DNA of 64,000 bases from Syntrophorhabdaceae bacterium (GTDB lineage Bacteria; Desulfobacterota; Syntrophorhabdia; Syntrophorhabdales; Syntrophorhabdaceae), in contig CAXXUO010000001.1 of NCBI GenBank assembly GCA_963666485.2, positions 256,001 to 320,000 on the forward strand. Direction: 5' to 3'. The notes below the pieces were generated by a model, which did not search any database, was not told where the DNA came from, and worked only from the letters and a program-made list of their open reading frames with translations. This document shows, piece by piece, positions 11,701-21,081 of the stretch (positions within the stretch are counted from its first letter, which is position 1; each line of letters opens with the position of its first letter). The position numbers and the translations under genes are program-made.

Positions 11701-12125
11701 CAGATGCTCCTTCTTAAGATCTTCTGTGCCGCTTCCGTCGAAAGCTTGCCGACATCGGCCATCAATGAGTTGTAAACTTTCTTCCCTTCGGCCTCTATCC
11801 CGCTCTTGATCTTCGCGAGCTCTTCGGAGAGTTCATTTCTCGCTTTTTCGATGACATGAACCGCTTCCTTATTCGCGTCAGCGATGATAGCGTCTCTGTT
11901 GCCCAGGATAGGTTTCCTTTTTTCAACAAACGCCAGGTCGTATCCCTTTTCGAGGTCGACCGTGTCGCCCTTCGCTTTCTCGAGGCCGTCCGTCAGACCC
12001 TGGAGGGTGCTGTTGCGCTTGTCGAGCGCTTTCAGGACGGGCTTAAACAGGAGAAAATTGAGGATAATGAGGAGGATCAGGAAATGGCCAAACTGGTACA
12101 GAATGGTTACATCGAAGTTAATCAT
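11700..12125 (-). CDS. ATP synthase F0 b' subunit
   Basis: FLILLIILNFLLFKPVLKALDKR b-type N-terminus; first gene of the operon. Confidence 0.88.
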   Translation of the reverse strand: MINFDVTILYQFGHFLILLIILNFLLFKPVLKALDKRNSTLQGLTDGLEKAKGDTVDLEKGYDLAFVEKRKPILGNRDAIIADANKEAVHVIEKARNELSEELAKIKSGIEAEGKKVYNSLMADVGKLSTEAAQKILRRSI

Positions 12126-12261
12126 AGGGAACTTCCTAATTAGATTGGCGTTTAACTATCCGTAGCGTTTTAACACAATTCCCAGCGGTATTTCAATTAT
12201 TTTGTTGCACAATTTAAGAAAAAAAGCACAAAGTCGATGCGGGCGGCCTTTTCCGGGGCTG

Positions 12262-13077
12262 TTACGCCTCGCCGGTGATCAGCTCCGACAATCTTTCGAG
12301 ATCGTCGCGGGAATAAAATTCGATAATGATCTTGCCGCGGTTCTTCCTCATACTGATGTTGACCTTCGTTTGCAGGGCCTTTATCAGTGCCTCCTCGATG
12401 GAGGCCACGCCGAACTCCCTGGCCGGGGCGGCTTTCTTTCTGACGGCCCGTTCGAGTTCCCTGACGGAGGTCCCTTCGTTCAAGACCTTGTCGACGAACC
12501 TTTTTTGCTCCCTTTCATTCTTTAAGGACAGGAGGACCCTTCCGTGGCCCTGGGTAAGCCTGCCCTCGGACATTATCTCGCGTATCCAGTCGGGCAGCTT
12601 GAGGAGCCGCAGATAATTCGTGACGGACGAGCGGTCAACGCCCATTTTTTTCGCCAGTTCTTCATGCGTATAGGCAAATTCCTCAACGAATTTATCATAC
12701 ACGGCAGCTACTTCGAGGGGGTTCAGGTCCTCTCTCTGCAGGTTTTCCATGAGAGCGATCTCGAGCGCCTCCCTGTCGTCCACGTCACGGACAATGGCCG
12801 GAACTTCCCGTAATCCCGCGAGGATAGCTGCCCGGTACCGTCTCTCGCCGGCTATGATCTCGTACAGCTTGCCCTTGTTCTTCACCAGGATGGGCTGCAG
12901 AACACCTTTTTCGGCTATCGAGGCCGCCAGTTCGTCGAGCGACCTGTCGTCCATCCGGATGCGGGGCTGGGCGGGGTTGGGCACGATCTGGTCGATCGCT
13001 ATCGGCCGGGACGTCCCTTTGTCCTCGATATCCTTCAATATCGCGGACAATCCTCTCCCCAGGGGGTCTTTTTTCAT
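12262..13077 (-). CDS. parB: ParB/Spo0J partitioning protein
   Basis: LGRGL, AGERRYRA, ENLQREDL, HTH. Confidence 0.96.
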   Translation of the reverse strand: MKKDPLGRGLSAILKDIEDKGTSRPIAIDQIVPNPAQPRIRMDDRSLDELAASIAEKGVLQPILVKNKGKLYEIIAGERRYRAAILAGLREVPAIVRDVDDREALEIALMENLQREDLNPLEVAAVYDKFVEEFAYTHEELAKKMGVDRSSVTNYLRLLKLPDWIREIMSEGRLTQGHGRVLLSLKNEREQKRFVDKVLNEGTSVRELERAVRKKAAPAREFGVASIEEALIKALQTKVNISMRKNRGKIIIEFYSRDDLERLSELITGEA

Positions 13078-13838
13078 GCTTCGCTCCTTTTCTCCAGGAT
13101 CTCTGAAGCAAGCCTCAGGTAGCTGTCTGCACCGCGGGAGCTTATATCGTAAAGAAGGGCAGGCTTGCCATGGCTCGGGGATTCGCTCAGTTTCACGTTT
13201 CTGGGGATGACCGTCTTAAAAACAGTGTCGTCGAAGCATTTTGTGACCTCTTCCCAGACCCGGAACGAAAGGTTGTTCCTTCTGTCGAACATTGTCAGGA
13301 GTATTCCCAGGACCTCGAGTTCCGGGTTGAGCTTCTTCTGGATGATCGAAATGGTCCTTAAGAGCATGGCAAGGCCTTCGAGGGCAAAATATTCGCACTG
13401 CAAAGGGATTATCACCTTATCCGACGCCGCGAGCGAATTGATGGTGAGAAGGCCCAGGGAAGGCGGGCAATCTATGAATATATATTGATATGTATCACCC
13501 AGCTGTTCGATGGCCCGTTTCAGCGCGTATTCCCTCTCGGGGGTATCGAGGAGCTCGATCTCGGCGCCGATGAGGTCGGGATGAGAGGGGATGATGTCAA
13601 GGTAGGGGATGGCGGTCGGCCGGACCACCTCGTGTATCGTCCTCTCCCCGATGAGGACGTGATAGATGTTGCTGCCGGTATTGCTGTAGGATATACCGTA
13701 GCCCGAGGACGTGTTGCATTGCGAATCCATGTCGATGACCAGTGTCTTGCGCTCGGAGACGGCAATCGAGGCAGACAGGTTGACCGCGGTGGTGGTTTTT
13801 CCAACCCCGCCTTTTTGATTCGCTATTGAGATGACCAT
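13074..13838 (-). CDS. parA: ParA/Soj ATPase
   Basis: NQKGGVGKTT, DCPPSLG motifs. Confidence 0.96.
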   Translation of the reverse strand: MVISIANQKGGVGKTTTAVNLSASIAVSERKTLVIDMDSQCNTSSGYGISYSNTGSNIYHVLIGERTIHEVVRPTAIPYLDIIPSHPDLIGAEIELLDTPEREYALKRAIEQLGDTYQYIFIDCPPSLGLLTINSLAASDKVIIPLQCEYFALEGLAMLLRTISIIQKKLNPELEVLGILLTMFDRRNNLSFRVWEEVTKCFDDTVFKTVIPRNVKLSESPSHGKPALLYDISSRGADSYLRLASEILEKRSEA

Positions 13839-13871
13839 GACAGTTGCTTTACCATACCATATAAATCCCTG

Positions 13872-14489
13872 TTAGGAAATTTTTTTGTAGATGATCAGAC
13901 GATAGGTCTTGCCGGTCCCCGGCAGGGAATAATCCCGTGATGTTTCGACCAGGTAGCCGTCCCGTGAGAATTCTTCCTGCGAGCTCCCTTTCACAATACA
14001 GACAAGACCTCCTGCCAGGACATGCCGATCGGCCGCTTCGAGGACCGCCTCGCCCGTCCCGTACGCTTTCGCGACGAGCCGGTCAGCCTGAAGGGGATCG
14101 ATGGCCTCAACCCTTCCCCGGACGGGTATGAAATTGACAAGGCCGATCGCACGCCTGACGTGCCTTTGAAACTGGATCTTCTTGAGGTTGCTGTCGATCG
14201 AGCATACCTCGAGCGAACGGTCAAGGATGGCGAACGGGATGCCGGCGATCCCCGATCCCGATCCCAGGTCTATCACGCGCCTGCCATCGGCAACATATGC
14301 ATAGAGGAAAAAGGAATCGGCGAGAAGCTCCGAGCACACCCTGTCCATGTCCCGGATCCCGACCAGGTTGACCGCCCGGTTCCATCTTTCGAGCTCTTCT
14401 ATAAACGTCACGAGGTCGGCCAATTGTTCCCCGGAAACGGGGATCTGAAAATGATCTAAAGTCTTTTGTATCAGTCCGTTACGGTCCAT
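13872..14489 (-). CDS. rsmG: 16S rRNA m7G527 methyltransferase RsmG/GidB
   Basis: WNRAVNL, DLGSGSG; upstream of parAB. Confidence 0.88.
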   Translation of the reverse strand: MDRNGLIQKTLDHFQIPVSGEQLADLVTFIEELERWNRAVNLVGIRDMDRVCSELLADSFFLYAYVADGRRVIDLGSGSGIAGIPFAILDRSLEVCSIDSNLKKIQFQRHVRRAIGLVNFIPVRGRVEAIDPLQADRLVAKAYGTGEAVLEAADRHVLAGGLVCIVKGSSQEEFSRDGYLVETSRDYSLPGTGKTYRLIIYKKIS

Positions 14490-14496
14490 GTGCTAA

Positions 14497-14529
14497 AGAA
14501 TAGCATAATTTCTTTTGTTCTGTTATACT
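14497..14529. promoter_or_regulatory. Divergent extended -10 promoters for rsmG and the bamD fusion (probably leaderless)
   Basis: TGtTATACT 6 bp before the bamD ATG; on the minus strand TGcTATTCT 7 bp before the rsmG ATG; no SD sequence. Confidence 0.55.
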
Positions 14530-14535
14530 ACGGCC

Positions 14536-16218
14536 ATGCGAAAATTTATCCTTTTTTTACTGGTAGTATTTCTGTTGGTATCTTGCTCTTCCAAGCCCGC
14601 CGTGAAAAAAAATGAAAACCCCGTAGACCTGTATGTTTCCGGCGTCGATCTCATGAAAAAGAAAAAGTACGACGACGCCGTGAAGAAGTTCAATGCCATC
14701 CGCGAGCAGTACCCTTTTGATCCCATGGCCCTGGTAGCGGCCGTGAAGCTCGGTGACACCTATTTCCTGAAAAAGGACTATGTCCTTGCAACCAGTACGT
14801 ACGAGGATTACTTCAAGGCGCACCCCGACGAGGAAAATATCCCCTATGTGCTTTTCAAGCTTGGAGAGTGCTACGAAAAGCTCTCGCCATCGGCTGACAG
14901 GGACCAGGCCAATACTATTAAAGGCATAGAGAGGATCACGTATCTGAGGAACAGGTACCCGGCGACCCAGTACGCGGCCGAATCCGAAGGCAGGCTGAAG
15001 ATGTTTATCCAGAAACTGGCGGACCGCGAGCTCTATGTCGGGGAATTTTACGTGAGGACCGCCCAGTACAACGCGGCCATCATGCGGCTCGAGTCAATGC
15101 TCAAGCAGTTTCCCGATTCGAAGAACACCGACAAGGCGCTCTTTTTGCTCTATGATGCCCACCGGCAGCTTGGCAACCAGGAAAAAGCGGACGAATACCT
15201 CCAGGCATTGCGCACAAAGTACCCGAAGAGCGTCTATGCCCGTGCCACTATCCGGGAGCGCAAGACATTAAAGATAACGCAGGTTGATCCCGCGCAACCC
15301 GGGCAGGCGACCGCTTCGGTAAAGAAACAGGCGCCTCCGGCGACCGCGCAGAAACCCGCCCAAACGCCTCCGGCTGCACCGGAGCCCGTCCCGTCAGTTC
15401 CAACTCAGGCCGGGTTCAAGCCGCCCGCGGAGATCCAGCAGACCTCGGAGATCCCGCTCCTTGTCGACCCGATGGCGACGAGCTCCGCGGGAGGGCCATC
15501 CGACCAGGTAACCACGACGCCGCAAGCTCCGACGTATGCCGAAAGGCCGAAGAAAGTGATCGACCTGAGGCCGCCAGAGCAACCGGCAGCACCGGCACAG
15601 CCGGCCCCGGCACCTGAAACACCAAAGGCGTCTGCACCGGTCGCGTCTGCACCGAAAGCACAGGCGCCTGAAGCTCCAAAGGCACCGCAGACACAGGCCT
15701 CTCTTAAACCCGCCGAAGCCCCGAAACCCGCCGAACCGGCAAAACCGCAGACGGAAAAACCCGAGACCGGAAAAACATCAGATAAAAAGCTCGGGTTCCT
15801 CGACCAGAAAAAACCCATCGATATCGTATCGGATACAATGGAGGGTTTCGACAAGGAAAAATATGTCCTGTTCAAGGGTAATGTCGTCGCAAAGCAGGAC
15901 GACCTTTATATTTACTCCGACACCATGGAAGCTTACATGAGCGCCGACACGAACGAGATCGACAGGGCAAATGCCAAGGGCCACGTGCGGATCATCAAGC
16001 AGAACAGGACAGCAACATCCCGGGAAGCATACTTCGATAACGTCAAAGGGGAGATCCTCCTGAAAGGCGATGCCGTCGTAACGTCCGACAAGGACAGGGT
16101 CGAGGGCGACGTCGTTACATATTATGTCAATGAAGACCTCGCCGTCGTGACCGTTGATAAGGTAAAAGACAAGGATAAGAAGGCGAAGGTAACGATCTAT
16201 CCGAAGCAGAAACAGTAA
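14536..16218 (+). CDS. bamD: BamD lipoprotein fused through a Pro/Ala-rich linker to a C-terminal LptA/OstA-like domain
   Basis: Lipobox LVSC, TPR BamD motifs (RDQ, ELYVGEFY), then KPIDIVSDTME..FKGNVVAKQ..AKGHVRI beta-jellyroll pattern in the same frame. Confidence 0.85.
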   Translation: MRKFILFLLVVFLLVSCSSKPAVKKNENPVDLYVSGVDLMKKKKYDDAVKKFNAIREQYPFDPMALVAAVKLGDTYFLKKDYVLATSTYEDYFKAHPDEENIPYVLFKLGECYEKLSPSADRDQANTIKGIERITYLRNRYPATQYAAESEGRLKMFIQKLADRELYVGEFYVRTAQYNAAIMRLESMLKQFPDSKNTDKALFLLYDAHRQLGNQEKADEYLQALRTKYPKSVYARATIRERKTLKITQVDPAQPGQATASVKKQAPPATAQKPAQTPPAAPEPVPSVPTQAGFKPPAEIQQTSEIPLLVDPMATSSAGGPSDQVTTTPQAPTYAERPKKVIDLRPPEQPAAPAQPAPAPETPKASAPVASAPKAQAPEAPKAPQTQASLKPAEAPKPAEPAKPQTEKPETGKTSDKKLGFLDQKKPIDIVSDTMEGFDKEKYVLFKGNVVAKQDDLYIYSDTMEAYMSADTNEIDRANAKGHVRIIKQNRTATSREAYFDNVKGEILLKGDAVVTSDKDRVEGDVVTYYVNEDLAVVTVDKVKDKDKKAKVTIYPKQKQ

Positions 16219-16224
16219 AAAGAC

Positions 16225-16255
16225 CGGCTAACGGCGTACGGCTAACGGCTAACGG
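16225..16255. repeat. Heptamer array (CGGCTAA)x4, left arm
   Basis: Inverted partner (TTAGCCG)n at 16761-16794. Confidence 0.85.
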
Positions 16256-16271
16256 AAAAAACAAAGTCATC

Positions 16272-16302
16272 GTCATTCCGCCGTATTTGCGGCGGAATCC
16301 AG
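16272..16302 (+). repeat. REP-like palindrome GTCATTCC-N-GGAATCCAG
   Basis: GTCATTCCGCC gtatttgc GGCGGAATCCAG. Confidence 0.7.
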
Positions 16303-16351
16303 AGTTTTTTAAGGCAACTCATCCCATTATCAATTTCTGACATGAAAAAGC

Positions 16352-16391
16352 AAAGACGCTGGATTCCCGCTTTCGCGGGAATGACGGCAGG
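16352..16391 (-). repeat. REP-like palindrome GTCATTCCCGCGAAAGCGGGAATCCAG, copy 1
   Basis: 40-bp direct repeat with 16664-16703 (one mismatch). Confidence 0.85.
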
Positions 16392-16541
16392 ATGCACTGG
16401 TCAGGATAAGCGTTGACAACTACAGACTCATAAATGAAGAGTCACGGTCTTCCGGTTAAGATTGTTTCAGTGTAAGACACTCCAATCGCAGAGGGATATC
16501 AGCTGCCACTCATTCATTGTCAAACCTTCCGGAAAAATTTG

Positions 16542-16654
16542 GGGGACGTCCTTAAGAAAGTAAGAAACTCCTCAAACAACTAAACGGACCGCCCTGTCGT
16601 TATTATCCCCGGACCGGGTAATTCTAAGTTACTTACTTTCTTAAGGACGTCCCC
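16542..16654. repeat. MITE/REP-like element with 23-bp perfect terminal inverted repeats
   Basis: GGGGACGTCCTTAAGAAAGTAAG ... CTTACTTTCTTAAGGACGTCCCC. Confidence 0.8.
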
Positions 16655-16663
16655 TTTGCCTTT

Positions 16664-16703
16664 AAAGACACTGGATTCCCGCTTTCGCGGGAATGACGGC
16701 AGG
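16664..16703 (-). repeat. REP-like palindrome, copy 2
   Basis: Same sequence as 16352-16391. Confidence 0.85.
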
Positions 16704-16711
16704 GTGGAGAA

Positions 16712-16794
16712 GCCTTACGCCTTACGCCTTACGCCTTACGCCTTACGCCTTACGCCTTACGCCGTTAGCCGTTAGCCGTTAGCCGTTAGCCGTC
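16712..16794. repeat. Compound heptamer array (GCCTTAC)x7(GCCGTTA)x4
   Basis: Seen directly; the last unit supplies the thioesterase TAA. Confidence 0.92.
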
Positions 16795-17208
16795 TATAAA
16801 CGGTATCGCATCATTTTTCCGATATACCAATGCCTGGCACACCGCTATCAGGTCATCCCCATCTTTCACGGTTATGTAGTATGACGCCGTCCGGTTCGTT
16901 CTGTGCGTCTCGTTGGATTCAGCCACGAGAAGCGAACCTTTTTTCGGCGGCTTCATATAGGTTATGTTCATATTCAGCGCGACTGAGATGCGGTCGTGGC
17001 TGTTCGAGGATATCTCGAAGGCCTCGTCGATAAGACCGAAGATCGCGCCGCCGTGGGCATTGCCGTATATGTTGTCCATATCATCAGTGTAGACCATCTC
17101 GCACAGGGCATACCCTTCACGAATGTCTTTAAGCCGTATGTTGAGAAGACGGGCGAACGGTTCCTTGTCTACCTGACGGAAATAGGCATTCCTTTTTCCA
17201 TCATCCAT
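16786..17208 (-). CDS. PaaI-family hotdog thioesterase
   Basis: NIYGNAHGGAIFGLID motif. Confidence 0.88.
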   Translation of the reverse strand: MDDGKRNAYFRQVDKEPFARLLNIRLKDIREGYALCEMVYTDDMDNIYGNAHGGAIFGLIDEAFEISSNSHDRISVALNMNITYMKPPKKGSLLVAESNETHRTNRTASYYITVKDGDDLIAVCQALVYRKNDAIPFIDG

Positions 17209-17211
17209 GGC

Positions 17212-17535
17212 CTATAGGACCTTTTTGAGTGCTTCGTCGACATTCCCTTTCGGTGACGCACCGATGATACGCTGCATCTCCTCACCGCCTTTAAATACGA
17301 TCAATGTCGGGATGCCCCGAATGCCGTACTGGGCGGGGGTCTGTGGATTCTCGTCCACATTGAGCTTCATTATCTTGACCCTGCCTTCGTATTCCCCGGC
17401 AAGGGCGTCGATCACGGGCCCCATCGTCTGGCACGGCCCGCACCAGGTCGCCCAGAAATCAACCAGCACGGGAACCGCGGAATCAAGTACCTCCGTTTTA
17501 AACTCGGCATCTGTCACTGCCCTGGCGTTGCTCAT
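17212..17535 (-). CDS. trxA: Thioredoxin
   Basis: WCGPC active site, GIPTL. Confidence 0.96.
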   Translation of the reverse strand: MSNARAVTDAEFKTEVLDSAVPVLVDFWATWCGPCQTMGPVIDALAGEYEGRVKIMKLNVDENPQTPAQYGIRGIPTLIVFKGGEEMQRIIGASPKGNVDEALKKVL

Positions 17536-17556
17536 ACATCCTCCCTTTCTTTTCGG

Positions 17557-18162
17557 TCATTCTTTCAGGCTTTCGAGCCATTCCCCTTCAGAAATGCGGC
17601 GGATCCTGCCCCCGTCATTCATATCCCGGACGAGGCCTGCCTCGATATACGCCTCGTCGGTATATCCTCGTTTTTCCCAGTATCCCGGGACGTAATGGTC
17701 CATCAATATTATTCGGCTCACCGTCTTGGCCGATTTATATCCCCAGAGATAGGGGACGAAAGCACGGATAGGCCCGCCGTAATCTTCTTCGAGATACTCA
17801 CCGTCAAATTCATAGGCCAGCAAGGTGCCCTTTTTCATGGCCGTTTCAACAGGAATGGATGTGTCGTATATGCTCCGGACCGACCAGAACCGTACATACG
17901 TTACGGTCGAATGGGCCTTTACGGCATCCATAATGTCATGGAGACTTACACCGCCCCAACTGCCCCGGACGGTAAACCGCGTCACGCTCGTCAGCCTCGC
18001 GTCAACGACCGTCTTCGGCATCCCGAGAAGCTCGGCCCACGTGAATGTCCGGGGCGCATCGCAAAGTCCTGACACCTCGATGGTCCACGACTCCCTGTCG
18101 ATCGATCCGGGATGCCCTTCGGCCCAGAACACGGGGGTTTTCAGTTCTTTAAGGCGGGTCAT
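17557..18162 (-). CDS. Molybdopterin-binding oxidoreductase (sulfite oxidase/MsrP-like fold)
   Basis: LLAYEFDGE..YGGPIR..WGYKSAK..GYWE..GY; AGGAGG RBS before the ATG at 18162. Confidence 0.8.
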   Translation of the reverse strand: MTRLKELKTPVFWAEGHPGSIDRESWTIEVSGLCDAPRTFTWAELLGMPKTVVDARLTSVTRFTVRGSWGGVSLHDIMDAVKAHSTVTYVRFWSVRSIYDTSIPVETAMKKGTLLAYEFDGEYLEEDYGGPIRAFVPYLWGYKSAKTVSRIILMDHYVPGYWEKRGYTDEAYIEAGLVRDMNDGGRIRRISEGEWLESLKE

Positions 18163-18263
18163 AGCCCCTCCTGTCTGAAATAATATAATAATCGCTGAAC
18201 AAAAAACAAAGAATTCCCGCGAAATATTCCTTTTTAACAACGGTTGGTCTATACTGAGCCGGT

Positions 18264-19436
18264 ATGTTGAAGCTGACGGTAAAAAATGACCGGAGCGGTC
18301 CTGTCAGGGGGTCCCATCCCTGGCTATTCTCGAAGGCGCTGGCCTCTTTGCCTGAAGGCATTGTTCCCGGAGAACCGGTCCTCCTCTACGACCAATCCGG
18401 CAACTTTCTCGCATCGGGATACTTCAATTCATACGGACAGATAACGGTACGGATCTGGGGACAGGAAGAAAACGAAGACGTCGGGGTGGAGTTCTTTGCG
18501 AGACGCATCGCCCGGGCCCGCGACATCCGGCGAAACTACGTGGAAACTGAGGGCACCAATGCGTACCGTCTTGTCAACGGCGAAAACGACGGTCTGCCCG
18601 GGCTCGTCGTCGACAAATACAGCGATTGGCTTGTTGTCCAGTTCCACACCCGCGGCATTGAAAGATGGAAGGAAGATATCGTCAGCGCGCTGGAAAGTAC
18701 CGTCAATCCCCGGGGTATCTACGAACGTTCGGACATAGCCGTCCGCAATTTCGACGGGTTGGGCCCGGTCAAGGGGACCCTGCACGGGGATGTGCCCGAC
18801 CTCATCACGATACGGGAGAATGGCCTCACGTTTCTCGTTGATGTTAAAGAGGGACAGAAGACCGGCTTCTTCCTCGACCAGCGCGACAAGCGATCGGCGT
18901 TTACAAAATACGCCCGGGACCGGAACGTCCTGAACTGTTTCTCTTACACCGGAGGTTTCTCGGTCTATGCAATAGCCGGCGGGGCCAAAAGAGTGGTCAG
19001 CGTCGACTCCTCGAGCCGGGCGCTCGACCTGGCACGCGAAAACATGCGCCTCAACGGGTTCGACCAATCCCTGTGCGAGTTCATCTGCACTGACGTAAAG
19101 AAATATCTCAGGGACATAAACGAGGCTTTCGAGGCGATCGTCCTCGATCCGCCCGCCTTCATCAAGGACCGGAGAAAAAAACATGAAGGATTGGCCGGAT
19201 ACAAATCCATCAATGAAATGGCCTTAAGGCGCCTTGTACCCGGATGCATTCTCCTGACCTGTTCGTGCTCCGCCCACCTTTCGCTGAACGATTTCCGTTT
19301 TCTGTTATCCGAGGTAGGAGCAAAAGCCCATCGCTCGATGGCCATTCTCGAAGAACACACACACGGCATCGACCACCCCCAGCTTGTCCCCTTCACGGAA
19401 GGGGAGTATCTCAAAGCGATCTTTTTAAGAACGTAA
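18264..19436 (+). CDS. rlmI: RlmI/RlmK-like 23S rRNA SAM methyltransferase
   Basis: HPW PUA domain, GQKTGFFLDQR, LNCFSYTGGF, LDPPAF. Confidence 0.85.
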   Translation: MLKLTVKNDRSGPVRGSHPWLFSKALASLPEGIVPGEPVLLYDQSGNFLASGYFNSYGQITVRIWGQEENEDVGVEFFARRIARARDIRRNYVETEGTNAYRLVNGENDGLPGLVVDKYSDWLVVQFHTRGIERWKEDIVSALESTVNPRGIYERSDIAVRNFDGLGPVKGTLHGDVPDLITIRENGLTFLVDVKEGQKTGFFLDQRDKRSAFTKYARDRNVLNCFSYTGGFSVYAIAGGAKRVVSVDSSSRALDLARENMRLNGFDQSLCEFICTDVKKYLRDINEAFEAIVLDPPAFIKDRRKKHEGLAGYKSINEMALRRLVPGCILLTCSCSAHLSLNDFRFLLSEVGAKAHRSMAILEEHTHGIDHPQLVPFTEGEYLKAIFLRT

Positions 19437-19573
19437 GGCGTAAGGCGCGAGCGCGTAAGGCGTAAAAAAAGACCGATCACTAAAACCGGTCTCTTTTTGT
19501 TTCCGTTACTTGAAGTTATTGCAGAAGATTTTTCGCTTCGAACGCCTTACGCCTCACGCCTCACGCCTTACGT
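19431..19573. repeat. Inverted heptamer arrays (CGTAAGG)n ... (CGCCTYA)x4 around a hairpin
   Basis: Both convergent TAA stops lie inside the outermost repeat units. Confidence 0.88.
19464..19498. terminator. Possible bidirectional intrinsic terminator
   Basis: AAAAAAAGACCG-loop-CGGTCTCTTTTT between convergent genes. Confidence 0.5.
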
Positions 19574-20101
19574 GTTTTTATTTTTCCACTCATCTATCTG
19601 CTGTTTGAAAGACCGGCGTATCTGAAGGGACGCCTCCTGCCACTTCGGCCAGGCTTCAACGTTCGGCTCAATGCTGTCTCCCTCGACGCCCGATGCCGCA
19701 AGGTCTTTGAGGATCCGGCCCTTTATGCCTGACTTCTCTTTTTCGAGCTCATCGGCAAACGATCGTTCGATCTCTTTGAGTTCCCTGTACGACCTTTCGT
19801 CAATGACAAACCGGACAAAAGAAAAGAGGCGGTCCAGGGACGATACATCCTCAGCAGACTCAAATTCATCGCCCAGGAGGTCGAGAACGATCCTCTTTTT
19901 CGTTTCATTGTCGCACTTCAGGGCATCGAGCTGCTCCTCGGCCTCGACATCGTCCGCAAGGTTCTCGCGATAGCGCCTGAATATAGTCAGTACGCCTGAT
20001 GCAAGCTCTTTCTGCGCCATGGACCTTTTTTCTTTTTCATCCATGACGAGGCCCTGCGTTCTTTCCATGGCCAGCTGGATCGCGCTTTTTATTTCAGCCA
20101 T
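19568..20101 (-). CDS. Conserved hypothetical helical protein
   Basis: MAEIKSAIQLAMERT start, GGAGG RBS, coupled to the upstream gene. Confidence 0.75.
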   Translation of the reverse strand: MAEIKSAIQLAMERTQGLVMDEKEKRSMAQKELASGVLTIFRRYRENLADDVEAEEQLDALKCDNETKKRIVLDLLGDEFESAEDVSSLDRLFSFVRFVIDERSYRELKEIERSFADELEKEKSGIKGRILKDLAASGVEGDSIEPNVEAWPKWQEASLQIRRSFKQQIDEWKNKNT

Positions 20102-20104
20102 GAC

Positions 20105-21049
20105 CTATCCTCCCATGTCTACCTTGACCGTATCGGTCTTGTCATAGTATTGTGGGCTGTATTCCACGACGAGCGAGTCTTCGATGCCGTGAAAACTGTG
20201 GGCAATACCAGCGGGAACGCGTATCTTCATTCCTTTTTCAAGGGTCATTCGCTTTTTCCTGTCCGGGGGGCCGCTGATAAACAGCGCTTCTATCGTACCC
20301 CTGACAATATAAAAAACCTCATCCTTCTTCCTGTGACGATGATTGCCGCGCGTTGTGCCTTTACGCAGTTCGAAAAAAGCCACGTGTCCGATATCTTCAC
20401 GATATGAAACCTGAATAAATTCGCCTTTATCATCGGCCCAGCGTTTCGCCCCGTCACATTCCTGTCCTTCAGACAGCCTCTCAATAAGTATATCATCAAT
20501 TGTCGGCGCGAGTTGTGTGGTCGCGGCCGTCACCGGGTGCATGCCAATTTCGAGGTAGCGTGCGGCGAGGTCAACGTAGAGCTGTTTGCCCATCTTCCAG
20601 TATTCGACGTCCTTGTCGGCGACATCCCTGATAACGTGAGCGGGATTGCCCCCGGCCACCACGCCTTCTTCGATGATCTGTCTCATCTTGACGACAGCGC
20701 CTTCGGCTATGATCGTACCCTCGCCGACCTCGCTGTAGATGCTCAATATCGCTCCCATGCCGATCACTGCAAGATCGCCCACGTGTGCGGCGTGTATGAT
20801 CGCCCCGTGCCCGATCGTGACGCTCCTGCCGATCCGGCACTGTTTACCGGGGGGTGCATGGACGACGACCCCCTCCTCCACCGCGGTACCGCTCCCGATC
20901 TCTATAGAGCCGTAATCCCCGCGCAGGATAGCGCCATGTCCTATGTAACAGTTGCCGCCAATGACGACATCCCCGATGACCTGGGCCGTTTCACTGATGT
21001 ACGTGCCCTCACCTGCGCGGGGGCGCCTCCCGTCATACTCAAAGATCAT
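20105..21049 (-). CDS. Gamma-carbonic-anhydrase-like (CaiE/PaaY/YrdA) protein fused to a C-terminal cupin
   Basis: Hexapeptide repeats, LRGD, H..TIGHGAIIH; cupin RGNHRH..KDE..GIAH; real start MIFEY at 21049. Confidence 0.8.
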   Translation of the reverse strand: MIFEYDGRRPRAGEGTYISETAQVIGDVVIGGNCYIGHGAILRGDYGSIEIGSGTAVEEGVVVHAPPGKQCRIGRSVTIGHGAIIHAAHVGDLAVIGMGAILSIYSEVGEGTIIAEGAVVKMRQIIEEGVVAGGNPAHVIRDVADKDVEYWKMGKQLYVDLAARYLEIGMHPVTAATTQLAPTIDDILIERLSEGQECDGAKRWADDKGEFIQVSYREDIGHVAFFELRKGTTRGNHRHRKKDEVFYIVRGTIEALFISGPPDRKKRMTLEKGMKIRVPAGIAHSFHGIEDSLVVEYSPQYYDKTDTVKVDMGG

Positions 21050-21081
21050 ATGTGGTCCCGCGAGTCTCGCATCGTAACCCT

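Noticed and set aside
12126..14535. parS sites or oriC near rsmG-parAB
   Set aside because: No TGTTTCACGTGAAACA-like palindrome or DnaA-box cluster seen by eye
16352..16703. CRISPR array from palindromic 40-bp repeats
   Set aside because: Two copies 272 bp apart; fits dispersed REP-like repeats
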